Shown: positions 9,591-19,367, counted from the first letter of the stretch. The stretch: 64,000 nucleotides of DNA from Candidatus Omnitrophota bacterium (GCA_028707125.1 JAQTUX010000002.1:208355-272354), one strand, 5' to 3'. Translations and numbers: made by a program. Notes: generated by a model from the sequence alone, not told the origin.

Positions 9591-9952
9591 TTAAAGTGAA
9601 AGAATAGGACCGCTAAAAAACCGCCGAGCGCGTCAAAGCAGACGTCTAAGAAAGAAGGGTCCCTCAGGGGGACGAATGCCTGGTGTAACTCGTCGGTTAT
9701 GCCATAAAATAATACCAGAATAAAACTGAATAAGTATTTCTTTTGATCTGATAAAGACGGCGCGGCCTTATAGAATGCCCTCAGCAGCAATATGCCCAAA
9801 ATCAGATAAACCAGGGTATGAAGCACCTTGTCCTGAAAAACAAACCACGGCTTAATATCCGCGCCCGGTATAGAAGAGCCGCAGAATATAAGGGCCGCCC
9901 ATATTAATGCCGGCAGCCAGGGAAGAAACCTGCCGTATGTATTCTCAGGCAT
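9587..9952 (-). CDS. VanZ-like family membrane protein
   Basis: Small polytopic membrane protein with a DKVLH...Y and TDELHQAFVPLRD pattern typical of VanZ-like proteins. 4-nt overlap with the radical SAM gene. Confidence 0.6.
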   Translation of the reverse strand: MPENTYGRFLPWLPALIWAALIFCGSSIPGADIKPWFVFQDKVLHTLVYLILGILLLRAFYKAAPSLSDQKKYLFSFILVLFYGITDELHQAFVPLRDPSFLDVCFDALGGFLAVLFFHFK

Positions 9953-10202
9953 TGGGGCAATTTGAGCAGGAAGGCGAAGACGAAGGGCATTTACCGGGCG
10001 CCCCTTCTTTTTGGGGCGCGGGCTTTCTGTAATCAGTAGCGTAGAATCCGCTGCCCTTAAAGATTATACCCCCTCCCGCGCTTATCAGGCGCCTGGCGCT
10101 CTTGCCGCATTTAGAACAGGACTCGATCGGTTTATCATTTATGTTCTGAAAAACCTCAAATTTGTGCTTACAACTTGCGCATTCATATTCGTATGTAGGC
10201 AT
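9945..10202 (-). CDS. FmdB family zinc-ribbon protein
   Basis: MPTYEYEC..C...C..CG N-terminal zinc ribbon. The track ORF is trimmed to the Met preceded by AATTGGAGGAACA (GGAGG RBS). Confidence 0.6.
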   Translation of the reverse strand: MPTYEYECASCKHKFEVFQNINDKPIESCSKCGKSARRLISAGGGIIFKGSGFYATDYRKPAPQKEGAPGKCPSSSPSCSNCPNA

Positions 10203-10215
10203 TGTTCCTCCAATT

Positions 10216-10235
10216 CCCCACACGTAAGTGTGGGG
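10216..10235 (-). repeat. intercistronic hairpin CCCCACACGTAAGTGTGGGG (copy 1 of a motif also found at 61029-61044)
   Basis: Perfect 8-bp stem with a 4-nt loop between the dnaJ stop and the fmdB RBS. The core ACACGTAAGTG..GGGG recurs in the same stop-hairpin-RBS-ATG arrangement upstream of the SIS gene. Confidence 0.5.
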
Positions 10236-10243
10236 TCCATCAG

Positions 10244-11398
10244 TTACCGAAACACTTTCTTTACCTTATCTGTAAAACTCTCTTTTGTATCCACGCTCTC
10301 GCCCGAGGCGCGGGCAAATTCTTCCATCAACCGCCTTTGCTCTGAATTAAGCTGCGCGGGTATTTCAACCGTCACCCGGACCAGTTCATCTCCCGTCGAG
10401 CCGCCGTGGACATCGGGCATACCCTTGCCTTTCAACCTGAAGACCTTTCCGCTCTGCGTGCCGGGAGGGATTCTCATATTGACCATGCCGCTTAAAGTGG
10501 GTACTTCTATTTCGCCTCCCAGCACTGCCTTGGACAAAGTCAATGCCGCCTCGTAGAAAAGGTCGTTATCGTCACGTTTGAATACGGGGTGCTCTTTTAT
10601 CCTTACCAGCACATAAAGGTCCCCGCTGCCTGCCTCACCCGCCTCGCCTTCGCCTCTTAATCTTAAGTGAGAACCGTCGCTTATTCCCGCGGGGATCTTG
10701 ACTTTGATCTTACGCTGCTGCTTTACGCGGCCTTCTCCGTAACATTTTGAACAGGGAGTAGAAATAACCTTGCCTTCTCCCCGGCAGTTGGGGCAGGTCT
10801 GCGTCAGTTGAAAAAAGCCGCTTGAGACGCTGACGCGGCCGCTGCCCCTGCATTTCGGGCAATTCGCCTTCTTAGTGCCGGGTTTGGCGCCGCTTCCGGA
10901 ACAATTGCCGCAGAGCTCATAGCGGCTGATCTCCAGCGCCTTCTCAACCCCCTCGTATGCCTCCTCTAAAGTGACATCTGCCGCGAACTCTAAGTCCCTT
11001 CCGCGCCTGCTGCGGCGGCCTGACGGCCGGCCCCTGCCGGCGCCGAAAATATCAAAACCCAGATCTCCGAATATCCCTTCAAAAATACTGCCTCCGGCGC
11101 CAAGCCCTTCAAAGATACTGGAGAAATCAGCCCCTCTGAATATGTCCTCATAGGAATATTTCTGGTCAACTCCCGCGTGGCCGTACTGGTCGTAAAGCAA
11201 GCGCTTATTAGGGTCGGAAAGCACGGCGTAGGCCTCTGATATTTCCTTGAACTTCTCTTCGGCGCCTTTTTTCTGTTCCGCGGGCACCCTGTCAGGATGA
11301 TGCTTCAAGGCGAGATTCCTATACGCCTTCTTTATCTCATCGGTAGAGGCGCCCTTGTTTATGCCCAGCACTTCATAATAGTCACGCTTGGTAGACAT
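10244..11398 (-). CDS. dnaJ: molecular chaperone DnaJ
   Basis: J domain with HPD motif, a G/F-rich region, four CxxCxGxG zinc-finger repeats, and a C-terminal substrate-binding domain. Confidence 0.95.
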   Translation of the reverse strand: MSTKRDYYEVLGINKGASTDEIKKAYRNLALKHHPDRVPAEQKKGAEEKFKEISEAYAVLSDPNKRLLYDQYGHAGVDQKYSYEDIFRGADFSSIFEGLGAGGSIFEGIFGDLGFDIFGAGRGRPSGRRSRRGRDLEFAADVTLEEAYEGVEKALEISRYELCGNCSGSGAKPGTKKANCPKCRGSGRVSVSSGFFQLTQTCPNCRGEGKVISTPCSKCYGEGRVKQQRKIKVKIPAGISDGSHLRLRGEGEAGEAGSGDLYVLVRIKEHPVFKRDDNDLFYEAALTLSKAVLGGEIEVPTLSGMVNMRIPPGTQSGKVFRLKGKGMPDVHGGSTGDELVRVTVEIPAQLNSEQRRLMEEFARASGESVDTKESFTDKVKKVFR

Positions 11399-13296
11399 TA
11401 CTTTTTGTCGTCTTCTTCCTTATACTCCGCGTCGATCACATCATCTTTTTTCTTGTCCTGCCTCGGCTCTTCCCTGCCGGCCTCTTCCGGCTGCCCCTGC
11501 GCTTGCGCCTGGCCCTGCTGCTTGGCTTGAGCCTGCTTGTATACCTCCTCGGCAAGCTTATGAGAGGCCTGCATCAGTTCTTCCGTGCCCTTCTTTATCT
11601 TATCAACATCCGTCCCTTTCAACGCCTCTTTCAGGGCATCGGACTTCTTTTGAATATCTTCTTTATCCGAAGCAGAGACCTTATCGCCGAAATCCTTTAA
11701 AGATTTTTCCGTGGCATACACCAGGGAATCCGCCTGATTCCTTATCTCTACCTCTTCTTTCTTCCTGGTATCATCCGCGGCGAATTTTTCCGCTTCTTTG
11801 ACCATCTTTTCGATCTCTTCCTTGGAAAGCTTTTTAGGAGCGGTTATGCGCATGCTCTGCTCCTTGCCTGTGCCAAGGTCTTTGGCGCTTACATGCACAA
11901 TACCATCCCTGTCAATGTCAAAGGCAACCTCTATCTGGGGCACGCCGCGGGGAGCCGCGGGTATACCTATCAGATCAAACCTCCCCAGCTCAGTATTATC
12001 GTTGGCCATCTGGCGCTCACCCTGAAGAACCCGCACCGTAACCGCTGTTTGATTATCCGCGGCCGTAGAAAACACCTGGCTTTTCCTCGTGGGTATGGTT
12101 GTGTTGCGCTCGATCAACTTTGTAAATACTCCCCCCAAGGTCTCTATGCCTAAGGATAAAGGCGTAACATCAAGCAGGAGAACCTCTTTCGCGTCTCCCT
12201 TGATAATGGCGGCCTGGATTGCCGCGCCCAGAGCAACGCATTCCATCGGGTCTATGCCGCGCTCTATTTTCTTGCCCACTAAATCCTCAAGGAACTTCTG
12301 CACAACAGGCATCCTTGTGGGGCCGCCTACCATTATTATCTTATCTATATCATTAGGCGTAAGGTTGGCATCTTTTAGCGCCTGCTCTACGGGGTGCCTG
12401 CAGCGGTCGATTATAGGGCCGACCAGTTCTTCCAGCTTTGACCGCGTCATTGACATGGTCAGATGCTTGGGGCCGGACGCGTCGGCGGTAATAAAGGGAA
12501 GGTTTATATCCGTCGTAAGCGTGCTGGAGAGCTCAACCTTCGCTTTTTCCGCCCCTTCCCTTACTCTCTGGAGGGCCATCTTGTCATTCCTTATATCAAT
12601 GCCGCTTTCCTTCTTGAATTTATCGGCAATATAGTCGATCAGCACATTGTCCATATCCGTGCCGCCGAGACGCGTGTCGCCGTTGGTGGCCTTGACTTCA
12701 AATCCGCCGGCGCCATGCTCCTTATCGTGCCACATATCCATAACGGTGACATCCAGCGTTCCACCGCCGAAATCAAACACCATGATCTTCATTTCCTTGC
12801 CGACCTTATCAAGGCCGTACGCGAGGCAGGCGGCGGTCGGCTCATTGATTATCCTCAGGACCTTCAGGCCCGCGATCTCTCCGGCGTCCTTCGTTGCCTG
12901 GCGCTGGTTATCGTCAAAGTAAGCCGGGCAGGTGATCACCGCCTCTTCCACTTTATCGCCAAGATAGCTTTCAGCATCCTGCTTTATCTTCTGAAGGATG
13001 AACGCGGATATCTGCTGCGGCGTGTATTCCCTGCCGAATACCTTATAATGGAAATCCTCCCCCATCTTTCGCTTGGCCGCCTGAATAGTGCCTTCCGCGT
13101 TTATGGCTGCCTGCCTTCTCGCCGGCTCGCCTACCAGCCGCTGCCCGTCTTTGGTAAAGGCAACGACTGAAGGGAACGCCTTGCCCGAGGCAATGCCCGC
13201 GCCTTCAGCAGAAGGGATGATCACAGGCCTGCCTGCCTCCATTACAGCCGCCGCTGAGTTTGATGTTCCTAAATCGATACCGATTACACGCGCCAT
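11398..13296 (-). CDS. dnaK: molecular chaperone DnaK (Hsp70)
   Basis: [11 protein letters not shown]-terminus and Hsp70 signatures throughout. Acidic, Q/A-rich C-terminal tail. Confidence 0.95.
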   Translation of the reverse strand: MARVIGIDLGTSNSAAAVMEAGRPVIIPSAEGAGIASGKAFPSVVAFTKDGQRLVGEPARRQAAINAEGTIQAAKRKMGEDFHYKVFGREYTPQQISAFILQKIKQDAESYLGDKVEEAVITCPAYFDDNQRQATKDAGEIAGLKVLRIINEPTAACLAYGLDKVGKEMKIMVFDFGGGTLDVTVMDMWHDKEHGAGGFEVKATNGDTRLGGTDMDNVLIDYIADKFKKESGIDIRNDKMALQRVREGAEKAKVELSSTLTTDINLPFITADASGPKHLTMSMTRSKLEELVGPIIDRCRHPVEQALKDANLTPNDIDKIIMVGGPTRMPVVQKFLEDLVGKKIERGIDPMECVALGAAIQAAIIKGDAKEVLLLDVTPLSLGIETLGGVFTKLIERNTTIPTRKSQVFSTAADNQTAVTVRVLQGERQMANDNTELGRFDLIGIPAAPRGVPQIEVAFDIDRDGIVHVSAKDLGTGKEQSMRITAPKKLSKEEIEKMVKEAEKFAADDTRKKEEVEIRNQADSLVYATEKSLKDFGDKVSASDKEDIQKKSDALKEALKGTDVDKIKKGTEELMQASHKLAEEVYKQAQAKQQGQAQAQGQPEEAGREEPRQDKKKDDVIDAEYKEEDDKK

Positions 13297-13339
13297 TTCT
13301 TATACCTCCTTGAGCACCTTAAGTTTTTATTTAGCGAAA

Positions 13340-13399
13340 CTTCGACGAGTGCATTAAAATTTTGCTCTTTAAAATTTTAATGCTTCTTACGAGTCGAAG
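13340..13399 (-). promoter_or_regulatory. compound inverted repeat in the grpE-dnaK intergenic region (CIRCE-like or intercistronic hairpin)
   Basis: CTTCGAC...GCATTAAAATTTT-gctcttt-AAAATTTTAATGC...GTCGAAG: a 13-bp inner stem plus a 7-bp outer stem. The arms resemble CIRCE half-sites (GAGTGC-AT-TAA). Confidence 0.4.
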
Positions 13400-13409
13400 C
13401 ACAACACTC

Positions 13410-13910
13410 TCAGGGTTTCTTTGATACCTTGACCTTGGCAGTGCGGATAACCTTGCCGTTAAGCATATATCCTTTTTGCAATTCCTCGATCACGACACCC
13501 TCGTCCACGTCTTTAGATTCCTGCTGCATAAGCGCTTCCTGGGTATTGGGGTCAAAGGGCCTGCCTTTTGTGTTTATAGGGGCCAGGCCGTGGCCGCGGA
13601 GCAGTTCATAAAGCTGGGCAAGCACCATTTCCATACCCTTCAAAAAACCCTGAAAATCCTCATGCTTTGATTCGGCCAGCTCTATCGCCCGCTCAAGGTT
13701 ATCCACGGTGCTGAGCAGATTTAAAACTATCTCTTCGCAGGCGTATTTGGCAAACTCCACCTTCTCCTTCTCCCAGCGCTTTCGCGCGTTGTCAAATTCG
13801 GCGTGAAGGCGCAAAAATTTATCGTAATGCTCTTCCGCTTTAGACGCGGCCTCTTTAAGTTTGTTGAGCTCTTCCTCTTTCAGGGTGACCGTCTTTTCTA
13901 CGGGCTCCAT
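13410..13910 (-). CDS. grpE: nucleotide exchange factor GrpE
   Basis: GrpE coiled coil and C-terminal beta domain (FDPN..A). Sits in the hrcA-grpE-dnaK-dnaJ order. Confidence 0.9.
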   Translation of the reverse strand: MEPVEKTVTLKEEELNKLKEAASKAEEHYDKFLRLHAEFDNARKRWEKEKVEFAKYACEEIVLNLLSTVDNLERAIELAESKHEDFQGFLKGMEMVLAQLYELLRGHGLAPINTKGRPFDPNTQEALMQQESKDVDEGVVIEELQKGYMLNGKVIRTAKVKVSKKP

Positions 13911-13925
13911 AACTTATGTCCTCAC

Positions 13926-14669
13926 TTAAAATTGGCTTAATATCTCAGACACCCTCTCGGATAAGTATCCAAGCGTGGGTATGAGCCGCTCGTAATCCAT
14001 GCGCCGCGGCCCGAACACCGCCATCCTTCCCGACGGCTTGTCCTTGACGTTGTATTTTGACACGATTATCGCGCATTCATCCATATCCGGCCAATTAAGT
14101 TCACTGCCGATATATATCTTCACGTTCTCCTCTATCTCGCGGTTAAGTATGTCTATGAGGCGCTGCTTTTCCTCCAATATTCTCAAGATGCCCCTTAAGC
14201 GCTCAATATTCCTGAATTCCGGCTGTTCAGCGAAACAGCTGAAGCCCGTAAAAAACAGATGCTCGCTGTCGTCAACTGAAGAAACGATCCCGGTAGTATG
14301 CGTTATATGAAATATGGCCTCTGAAGTGGTCTCCAGGGCGTCTTCAAGCCGCTTGATACGCCTGTCTATCCTGTCTATTTCGCTTGAAACCTTTTCCTTC
14401 TCCTCATTAAGGATGTCCATCTGGGAACGCAGGAAATCAACATAGTAACGATAGCCTTTATCGGTAGGAACCCTGCCTGCTGAAGTATGAGGATGGGTCA
14501 GATAGCCGTCTTCCTCAAGTTGGGAAAGCACATTTCTTATGGTAGCGGGGCTATAGTCAAAATTCCGGCAGATAGAGTCCGAACTTACAGGTATGGCTGT
14601 CCTTATGTAAGAATTGATAACCGCGGCCAGCACCCTCCATTTACGCGTGTCAGAATCATATTTATGCAT
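13926..14669 (-). CDS. hrcA: heat-inducible transcription repressor HrcA (short form)
   Basis: N-terminal winged HTH conserved in HrcA (SSATIRN..LEE.GYL..PHTSAGRVPT.KGYRYYVD). Lies upstream of grpE with CIRCE in its promoter. At 247 aa it is shorter than the usual roughly 340 aa. Confidence 0.7.
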   Translation of the reverse strand: MHKYDSDTRKWRVLAAVINSYIRTAIPVSSDSICRNFDYSPATIRNVLSQLEEDGYLTHPHTSAGRVPTDKGYRYYVDFLRSQMDILNEEKEKVSSEIDRIDRRIKRLEDALETTSEAIFHITHTTGIVSSVDDSEHLFFTGFSCFAEQPEFRNIERLRGILRILEEKQRLIDILNREIEENVKIYIGSELNWPDMDECAIIVSKYNVKDKPSGRMAVFGPRRMDYERLIPTLGYLSERVSEILSQF

Positions 14670-14693
14670 TCTCGCCTCCCCTGTAAGGGAATT

Positions 14694-14720
14694 TTAGCAC
14701 TCTCGGGTTGAGAATGCTAA
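14694..14720 (-). promoter_or_regulatory. CIRCE operator (HrcA binding site)
   Basis: TTAGCACTC-N9-GAATGCTAA. One mismatch to the consensus TTAGCACTC-N9-GAGTGCTAA. Located 6 nt downstream of the -10 box. Confidence 0.75.
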
Positions 14721-14726
14721 AATTTG

Positions 14727-14754
14727 ATTTTAGCATAAATCAATGCTTTGTCAA
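14727..14754 (-). promoter_or_regulatory. sigma70-like promoter of the hrcA operon
   Basis: Minus strand reads TTGACA-16 nt-TAAAAT, immediately upstream of CIRCE. Confidence 0.5.
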
Positions 14755-14768
14755 ACTTAATTTTAAGC

Positions 14769-15104
14769 TTATTGTCTCTTAAAATGGGCCAGCTTTTTCT
14801 TGTCCTGCCGCCCCCTGGATTTCAATTTCTCGGCCCGCCTGATCAGGCCCTCAAAGGCGAATTTTGTCGCCGTGAACAGGTCCGCGGCATTTTCACTGCA
14901 CTTAAGCACTGTCTGCGGCATGCTTAAATTGAGATGAGCGGTATATTCCTCCTTATGAGGGTTTCTCTCCAGCGATACCTTAAGACGCAGCAGGTCTTCG
15001 GGAAAATGCGCGAGATGGCAACTTAACTTACCGCTTTTTTCTTCTATGAACGATCTCACGTCAGGCGTGACTTCCAGGCGCTTGGTTATGACATCAGTCC
15101 GCAT
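14769..15104 (-). CDS. hpf: ribosome hibernation-promoting factor (HPF/RaiA family)
   Basis: 111-aa protein with the HPF/YfiA fold signature (MRTDVITKRLEVTPDVRSFIEEK...). Confidence 0.8.
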   Translation of the reverse strand: MRTDVITKRLEVTPDVRSFIEEKSGKLSCHLAHFPEDLLRLKVSLERNPHKEEYTAHLNLSMPQTVLKCSENAADLFTATKFAFEGLIRRAEKLKSRGRQDKKKLAHFKRQ

Positions 15105-15115
15105 ATACCCTCCAA

Positions 15116-16450
15116 TCAGTTAATGACCCTCACCCCTGCCCGGCCTTTTATTTTGTCGGCATCCACGGCAGGGATCACGCAGTCCACGATCGCTTCTTCA
15201 GGGCCGTATTCAACACTGAGCACTTTGCCCTCCTTGTAGATCATATCCAATACGGACAACCTGTTCATAGGTATGCTTAATTTGATCCGCGCGAGGATAA
15301 AAGACAGTTTTTCTTCGATCTTATGCAGCAGCCCTTCCAGATTTTCCCCTGTCTTTGCCGATATGGCCACGGAATCGGGAAACTCCACTTTAAAACGCTC
15401 TATCCAGGAACGGTCGTCTAATTTATCTATCTTGTTCAGCGCCGTGATCATCGGCTTGGCCGCGCAGCCAAGAAGGCCCAGGACCTCAAGGACCGCCTTT
15501 CTGTGCTCCGGCGCCTGACGGTGGGAAATATCCAGCACGTTTATAAGCAGGTCTGCCTCTATTACTTCCTCAAGCGTTGCCTTGAACGCTTCTATTAAGC
15601 CGTGCGGAAGCTGGTGCAAAAAACCCACTGTGTCGGAAATGACTATATGCTGGCCGTTAGGCAGGGTAAGCGCCCTGGAAAGAGGGTCAAGCGTGGTAAA
15701 CAAAAGCCCCTTTACCTCCTGCGCGGCGGATGTAAGTGAGTTTATCAAGGTGGACTTACCCGCGTTGGTGTAGCCGACCAGCGCGGCAGAGGCAAGGGTG
15801 GATGCATGCCTCTTTTTCCTCATCAAGGCGCGTTGATCGCGCATATGGCCTAATTCGTCCCTTAATTTTTCTATGCGCTTCCTTATCCTCCTTCTGTCAA
15901 CTTCAAGCTTCTTCTCGCCCGGCCCGCGCGTGCCTATGCCGCCTCCCAGCCGCGAAAGCATTATGCCCTTGCCTGTCAGCCGCGGGATCAGGTATTCAAG
16001 CTGCGCCAGTTCAACCTGCGCCTTGCCCTCCTGAGAGCGGGCATGCCTGGCGAATATATCCAGGATCAACTGCGTCCTGTCAATGACCTTTTTACCTATC
16101 AGCTCCTCGAGGTTCCTCTGCTGAGTCCCTCCCAGGTTATGGCTGAAGATAACGGTATCGATCTCCCCGCTCAGGCAGGCCTCGCGTATCTCCTCAACCT
16201 TGCCCTTGCCTATAAAGAAATTCGGCGTGGGCTTATCCCTCACCACTATCATCTCTCCCGCCGCCAGGCAGCCGGTCGTGCGGGTAAGCTCCTTAAGCTC
16301 ATCCAGGTAATCCTCCGGCTGCCATTGGTCCCTGTCAGTATCAACCCTTCGACTACGCTCAGGGTTGATACTGAGCGCAGTCGAAGTATCAAAACGCACT
16401 ACGACAAGCAACGCCCTTTCCTTCTTCCTGAGCTCAATTGTTTCTTTCAT
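15116..16450 (-). CDS. hflX: GTPase HflX
   Basis: HflX N-terminal domain plus G1 GYTNAGKST, DTVGF and NKIDK motifs. Confidence 0.9.
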   Translation of the reverse strand: MKETIELRKKERALLVVVRFDTSTALSINPERSRRVDTDRDQWQPEDYLDELKELTRTTGCLAAGEMIVVRDKPTPNFFIGKGKVEEIREACLSGEIDTVIFSHNLGGTQQRNLEELIGKKVIDRTQLILDIFARHARSQEGKAQVELAQLEYLIPRLTGKGIMLSRLGGGIGTRGPGEKKLEVDRRRIRKRIEKLRDELGHMRDQRALMRKKRHASTLASAALVGYTNAGKSTLINSLTSAAQEVKGLLFTTLDPLSRALTLPNGQHIVISDTVGFLHQLPHGLIEAFKATLEEVIEADLLINVLDISHRQAPEHRKAVLEVLGLLGCAAKPMITALNKIDKLDDRSWIERFKVEFPDSVAISAKTGENLEGLLHKIEEKLSFILARIKLSIPMNRLSVLDMIYKEGKVLSVEYGPEEAIVDCVIPAVDADKIKGRAGVRVIN

Positions 16451-17387
16451 TATTCTTCTCCGCCAACCTTAAAATACCGCTCACAATCCGGCCGGCTGGC
16501 TGCCGCCTTTTTATTGTAAGCCATTTGATCCTCTTATCCTTCCTGAAATAAGTCATCTGGCGCTTCGCGTATCTTCTTGTGTTCTTCTTGATAAGTTCTA
16601 TCGCCTCGTCAAGAGTAAGCGCGCCTTCAAGATACGCCTTTATCTCTGTAATGCCTATTGCCGCCCCTGATGTACGGCTGAGCCCCTTTCCCAAAAGGCG
16701 CTTTACCTCTTCAACCAGGCCCGATCTGATCATTGAATCCACTCTTTTGTTTATCCTCTCATAGATCAGGCCTCTATCCGCGGCCAGTCCGATCACCTTT
16801 ACATCATAGTCGCCGTAAATGCCCTTGCGCTGTTTCTGCCAGTAAGATATGGGCCTGCCTGTCTTCTCATAGACCTCCAGCGCCCTGACAACGCGCCGCA
16901 GGTCATTGGGGTGGATCTTTTGGGCGGCAGAAGGGTCAACGGACTTTAGCCTGTTATAAAGAAAATCGCCGCCTCTTTTCTCCGCCGACTTGAGCAATTC
17001 CTGCCTTATATCCTGTCCCCCGCCTCCCGCCTCTTTGAATATCCCGTCTAAAAGTATGCTCATATATAACCCTGTGCCGCCCACGAAAAGGGGTATCTTG
17101 CCGCGGGAATGTATCTCCTTTATCTTCTTAAGCGCCATTTTCCTGTAATCGGAAACGCTGAATGCGCGCCGCGCGGGAACAACATCGATCAGATGATGGG
17201 GAAACGCCTTTCTGTCATGAGGCGAAGGTTTGGAGCTTATTATGTCAAAGCCCTTATACACCTGCATTGAATCGCAGGAGACGATCTCCGCGCCAAGCTT
17301 CCCGGCAAGCGGCAGGGCCAAATGAGATTTGCCTATTGCCGTGGGGCCGATCAAAAATATTACTTTTTTTATAATGTCTTTTACCAA
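16434..17387 (-). CDS. miaA: tRNA dimethylallyltransferase
   Basis: P-loop GPTAIGKS, the SCDSMQVYKG.DI motif, and a full-length IPP-transferase. Confidence 0.9.
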   Translation of the reverse strand: MVKDIIKKVIFLIGPTAIGKSHLALPLAGKLGAEIVSCDSMQVYKGFDIISSKPSPHDRKAFPHHLIDVVPARRAFSVSDYRKMALKKIKEIHSRGKIPLFVGGTGLYMSILLDGIFKEAGGGGQDIRQELLKSAEKRGGDFLYNRLKSVDPSAAQKIHPNDLRRVVRALEVYEKTGRPISYWQKQRKGIYGDYDVKVIGLAADRGLIYERINKRVDSMIRSGLVEEVKRLLGKGLSRTSGAAIGITEIKAYLEGALTLDEAIELIKKNTRRYAKRQMTYFRKDKRIKWLTIKRRQPAGRIVSGILRLAEKNNERNN

Positions 17388-17394
17388 TTAAGGG

Positions 17395-18183
17395 TCAGGG
17401 ATAGATCCTGGTAGGATACCCGAGTCCGGCGAGCTGGCGCTCCAGTTTCAAGGCTTCGCTGCGGCTTTTTACCTTGCCTACCCTTACCTTATAAAATTTT
17501 CCCGAACCGCCGTTCTCCTCTACCACGTAACTGGAGAACCCTTTCTTCTTAAGCGCGCCCTTCAGCTTCTCCGCGTTGGCGCTGCCTTGAAAAGCGCCGA
17601 CCTGGACCGTAAAAAAATCATTGCCCTCCTGAACGCTCCTGGAAAGGCGCGATTCTAAACTCAAAGGAAAATCCCGGCTTAGGGCGTCAAAATACGTCCT
17701 GGATCCCTGCCAGTCCCCTTGTTTCATACAGGCCTGCGCCAGCTTATAATAAGCAAGCGGCTTGATGTCCGAGCCCGAGCGGTCCTTGACTATATAAGCG
17801 TAACTCTCCCTTGCCTTCCGCAGGTCGCCGGCCAGCATATGCACATCTCCTCTTGAAACACAGGCATCAGCGACTAATTCGCTCTGGGGATACTCGTTTA
17901 TTATGATATCAAAGATATCTCCCGCCCGGAGAAGGTTGCCCGCCTTCATATAGCTTATACCTAAAATATAATAGAGCCGGTCCAGCTCGCGGTGGTCCTT
18001 ATACCGGGCGAGCAATGCCTCACACTCATCTATCGCGGAAAAATAGTCCTCGCTTAAGAAATATACTTCCGCCTTGTCAAGGTTCAGAGCATAAGAAGAA
18101 AAGGTAAAAGTAAAAAGTAAAAAGGTAAAACTTAGAAACATAAGACAGATTTTTTTAAACCGCCTTGAATTACTTTTCATCAC
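17395..18183 (-). CDS. TPR-repeat protein with C-terminal SPOR domain (signal or anchor at N-terminus)
   Basis: Hydrophobic N-terminus, TPR-like repeats, and a C-terminal SPOR signature (FTVQVGAF...A..L...L...G....YKVRVG). Confidence 0.7.
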   Translation of the reverse strand: MMKSNSRRFKKICLMFLSFTFLLFTFTFSSYALNLDKAEVYFLSEDYFSAIDECEALLARYKDHRELDRLYYILGISYMKAGNLLRAGDIFDIIINEYPQSELVADACVSRGDVHMLAGDLRKARESYAYIVKDRSGSDIKPLAYYKLAQACMKQGDWQGSRTYFDALSRDFPLSLESRLSRSVQEGNDFFTVQVGAFQGSANAEKLKGALKKKGFSSYVVEENGGSGKFYKVRVGKVKSRSEALKLERQLAGLGYPTRIYP

Positions 18184-19367
18184 TTTTGACTTTCTACTTT
18201 TAACTTTTTACTTTCTTTTGATATTTCTTTCTGCAATTCAAGGATCATTCTATGGCGCCTTTCTTTCTCTAACCTCGGCAGATCATCGGGAAACCGCGAC
18301 GCCTTCGCGTGAGGCCGCGCTGAATACTTGAATATATACGCCTTATCAAATCTTACCTTCTTTACGAGATCAAATGTTTCCTGAAAATCCGCCTCGGCCT
18401 CACCGGGAAAACCGACGATGATATCGGTTGTCAGTTCGCCGCCGAGAACGATCTCCCTGTATTTTGTTATTATATCCAAATAACGCTCTTTTGTATAGCC
18501 CCTATTCATAAGCTTCAGGATCCTGTTAGAGGCGGACTGAAGCGGCAGGTGCAGGTATTTCTTGAGCTTATCGCAGTCCCGCATCGCCAGGAACAGGTCA
18601 TCGCCGGCGTCCTTTGGGTGGCTGGTAATGAATGAAAATTGTTTGAGCCCCTTTACATCATTTACTAACCGTAATAACTGAGGAAAATTTATTGGCTCGG
18701 TTTTCAAATTATCTTTCCATTGATTCACATTCTGCCCTAGCAGCGTAATTTTAGTAATGCCGGCCTTAATATCTCCTTCTATCTCCTTAATGATATCCCG
18801 CGGGTTCCTATGCGTAAGTTTCCCGCGCGTATATGGCACAACGCAATAAGAGCAGAAATTCTCGCAGCCCTCGCTGATGACAACAAAGGCATGGTCTTTG
18901 TCCAGATGGAAACCGGTATGGTAGATCTCGTTGCCGCGCGATTCTCCGTCCAATTCATAGCGCTTCTTCTCAAGCAATCCTCTGTGTTTGTTTAAATCCT
19001 TAAGGATCTGCGGGATCTTCGCGATGTCGCGCGTTCCGGCTATAAAATCCACATTCGGCGCGCGGTTGAATATACCCTCGCGGTAACAATTCGCCATGCA
19101 GCCGACCACCCCGATGATCTTTTTGCCGCCCTTGGCCAAACTCCCCACCGCGCTCCAGACCTTATCCTCGGCGTGCTGACGCACGGAGCAGGTGTTAAAG
19201 ATTACGACGTCAGCGTCGGCTTCGTCTTCAACCAGCCGATATCCTGCCTGTATCAGGAGTCCGGAGATCACTTCAGAGTCTCTCGCATTCATCTGGCACC
19301 CGAACGTGCGTACGTACACTCTAAGGCCCTTATGTGCATCTTGGGTTTTACTTGGCTTAACAGACAT
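18180..19367 (-). CDS. miaB: MiaB-family radical SAM methylthiotransferase, apparently lacking a C-terminal TRAM domain
   Basis: UPF0004 N-domain with FGCQMN and a radical SAM core (CxxxCxxC, seen as CENFCSYC). Ends right after the linker helix at 395 aa. Adjacent to miaA. Confidence 0.8.
   Translation of the reverse strand: MSVKPSKTQDAHKGLRVYVRTFGCQMNARDSEVISGLLIQAGYRLVEDEADADVVIFNTCSVRQHAEDKVWSAVGSLAKGGKKIIGVVGCMANCYREGIFNRAPNVDFIAGTRDIAKIPQILKDLNKHRGLLEKKRYELDGESRGNEIYHTGFHLDKDHAFVVISEGCENFCSYCVVPYTRGKLTHRNPRDIIKEIEGDIKAGITKITLLGQNVNQWKDNLKTEPINFPQLLRLVNDVKGLKQFSFITSHPKDAGDDLFLAMRDCDKLKKYLHLPLQSASNRILKLMNRGYTKERYLDIITKYREIVLGGELTTDIIVGFPGEAEADFQETFDLVKKVRFDKAYIFKYSARPHAKASRFPDDLPRLEKERRHRMILELQKEISKESKKLKVESQK

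Noticed and set aside
9010-9594. Long antisense ORFs inside confident genes (for example 9010-9594, 12463-13170, 12089-12634, 47583-48374, 47960-48556, 52669-53172, 38519-39148)
   Set aside because: They lie opposite well-supported conserved genes (radical SAM, dnaK, DUF1846, ispH, macB). Their translations are low-complexity and Ala/Arg/Ser/Pro-rich, typical of shadow ORFs in GC-rich coding DNA.
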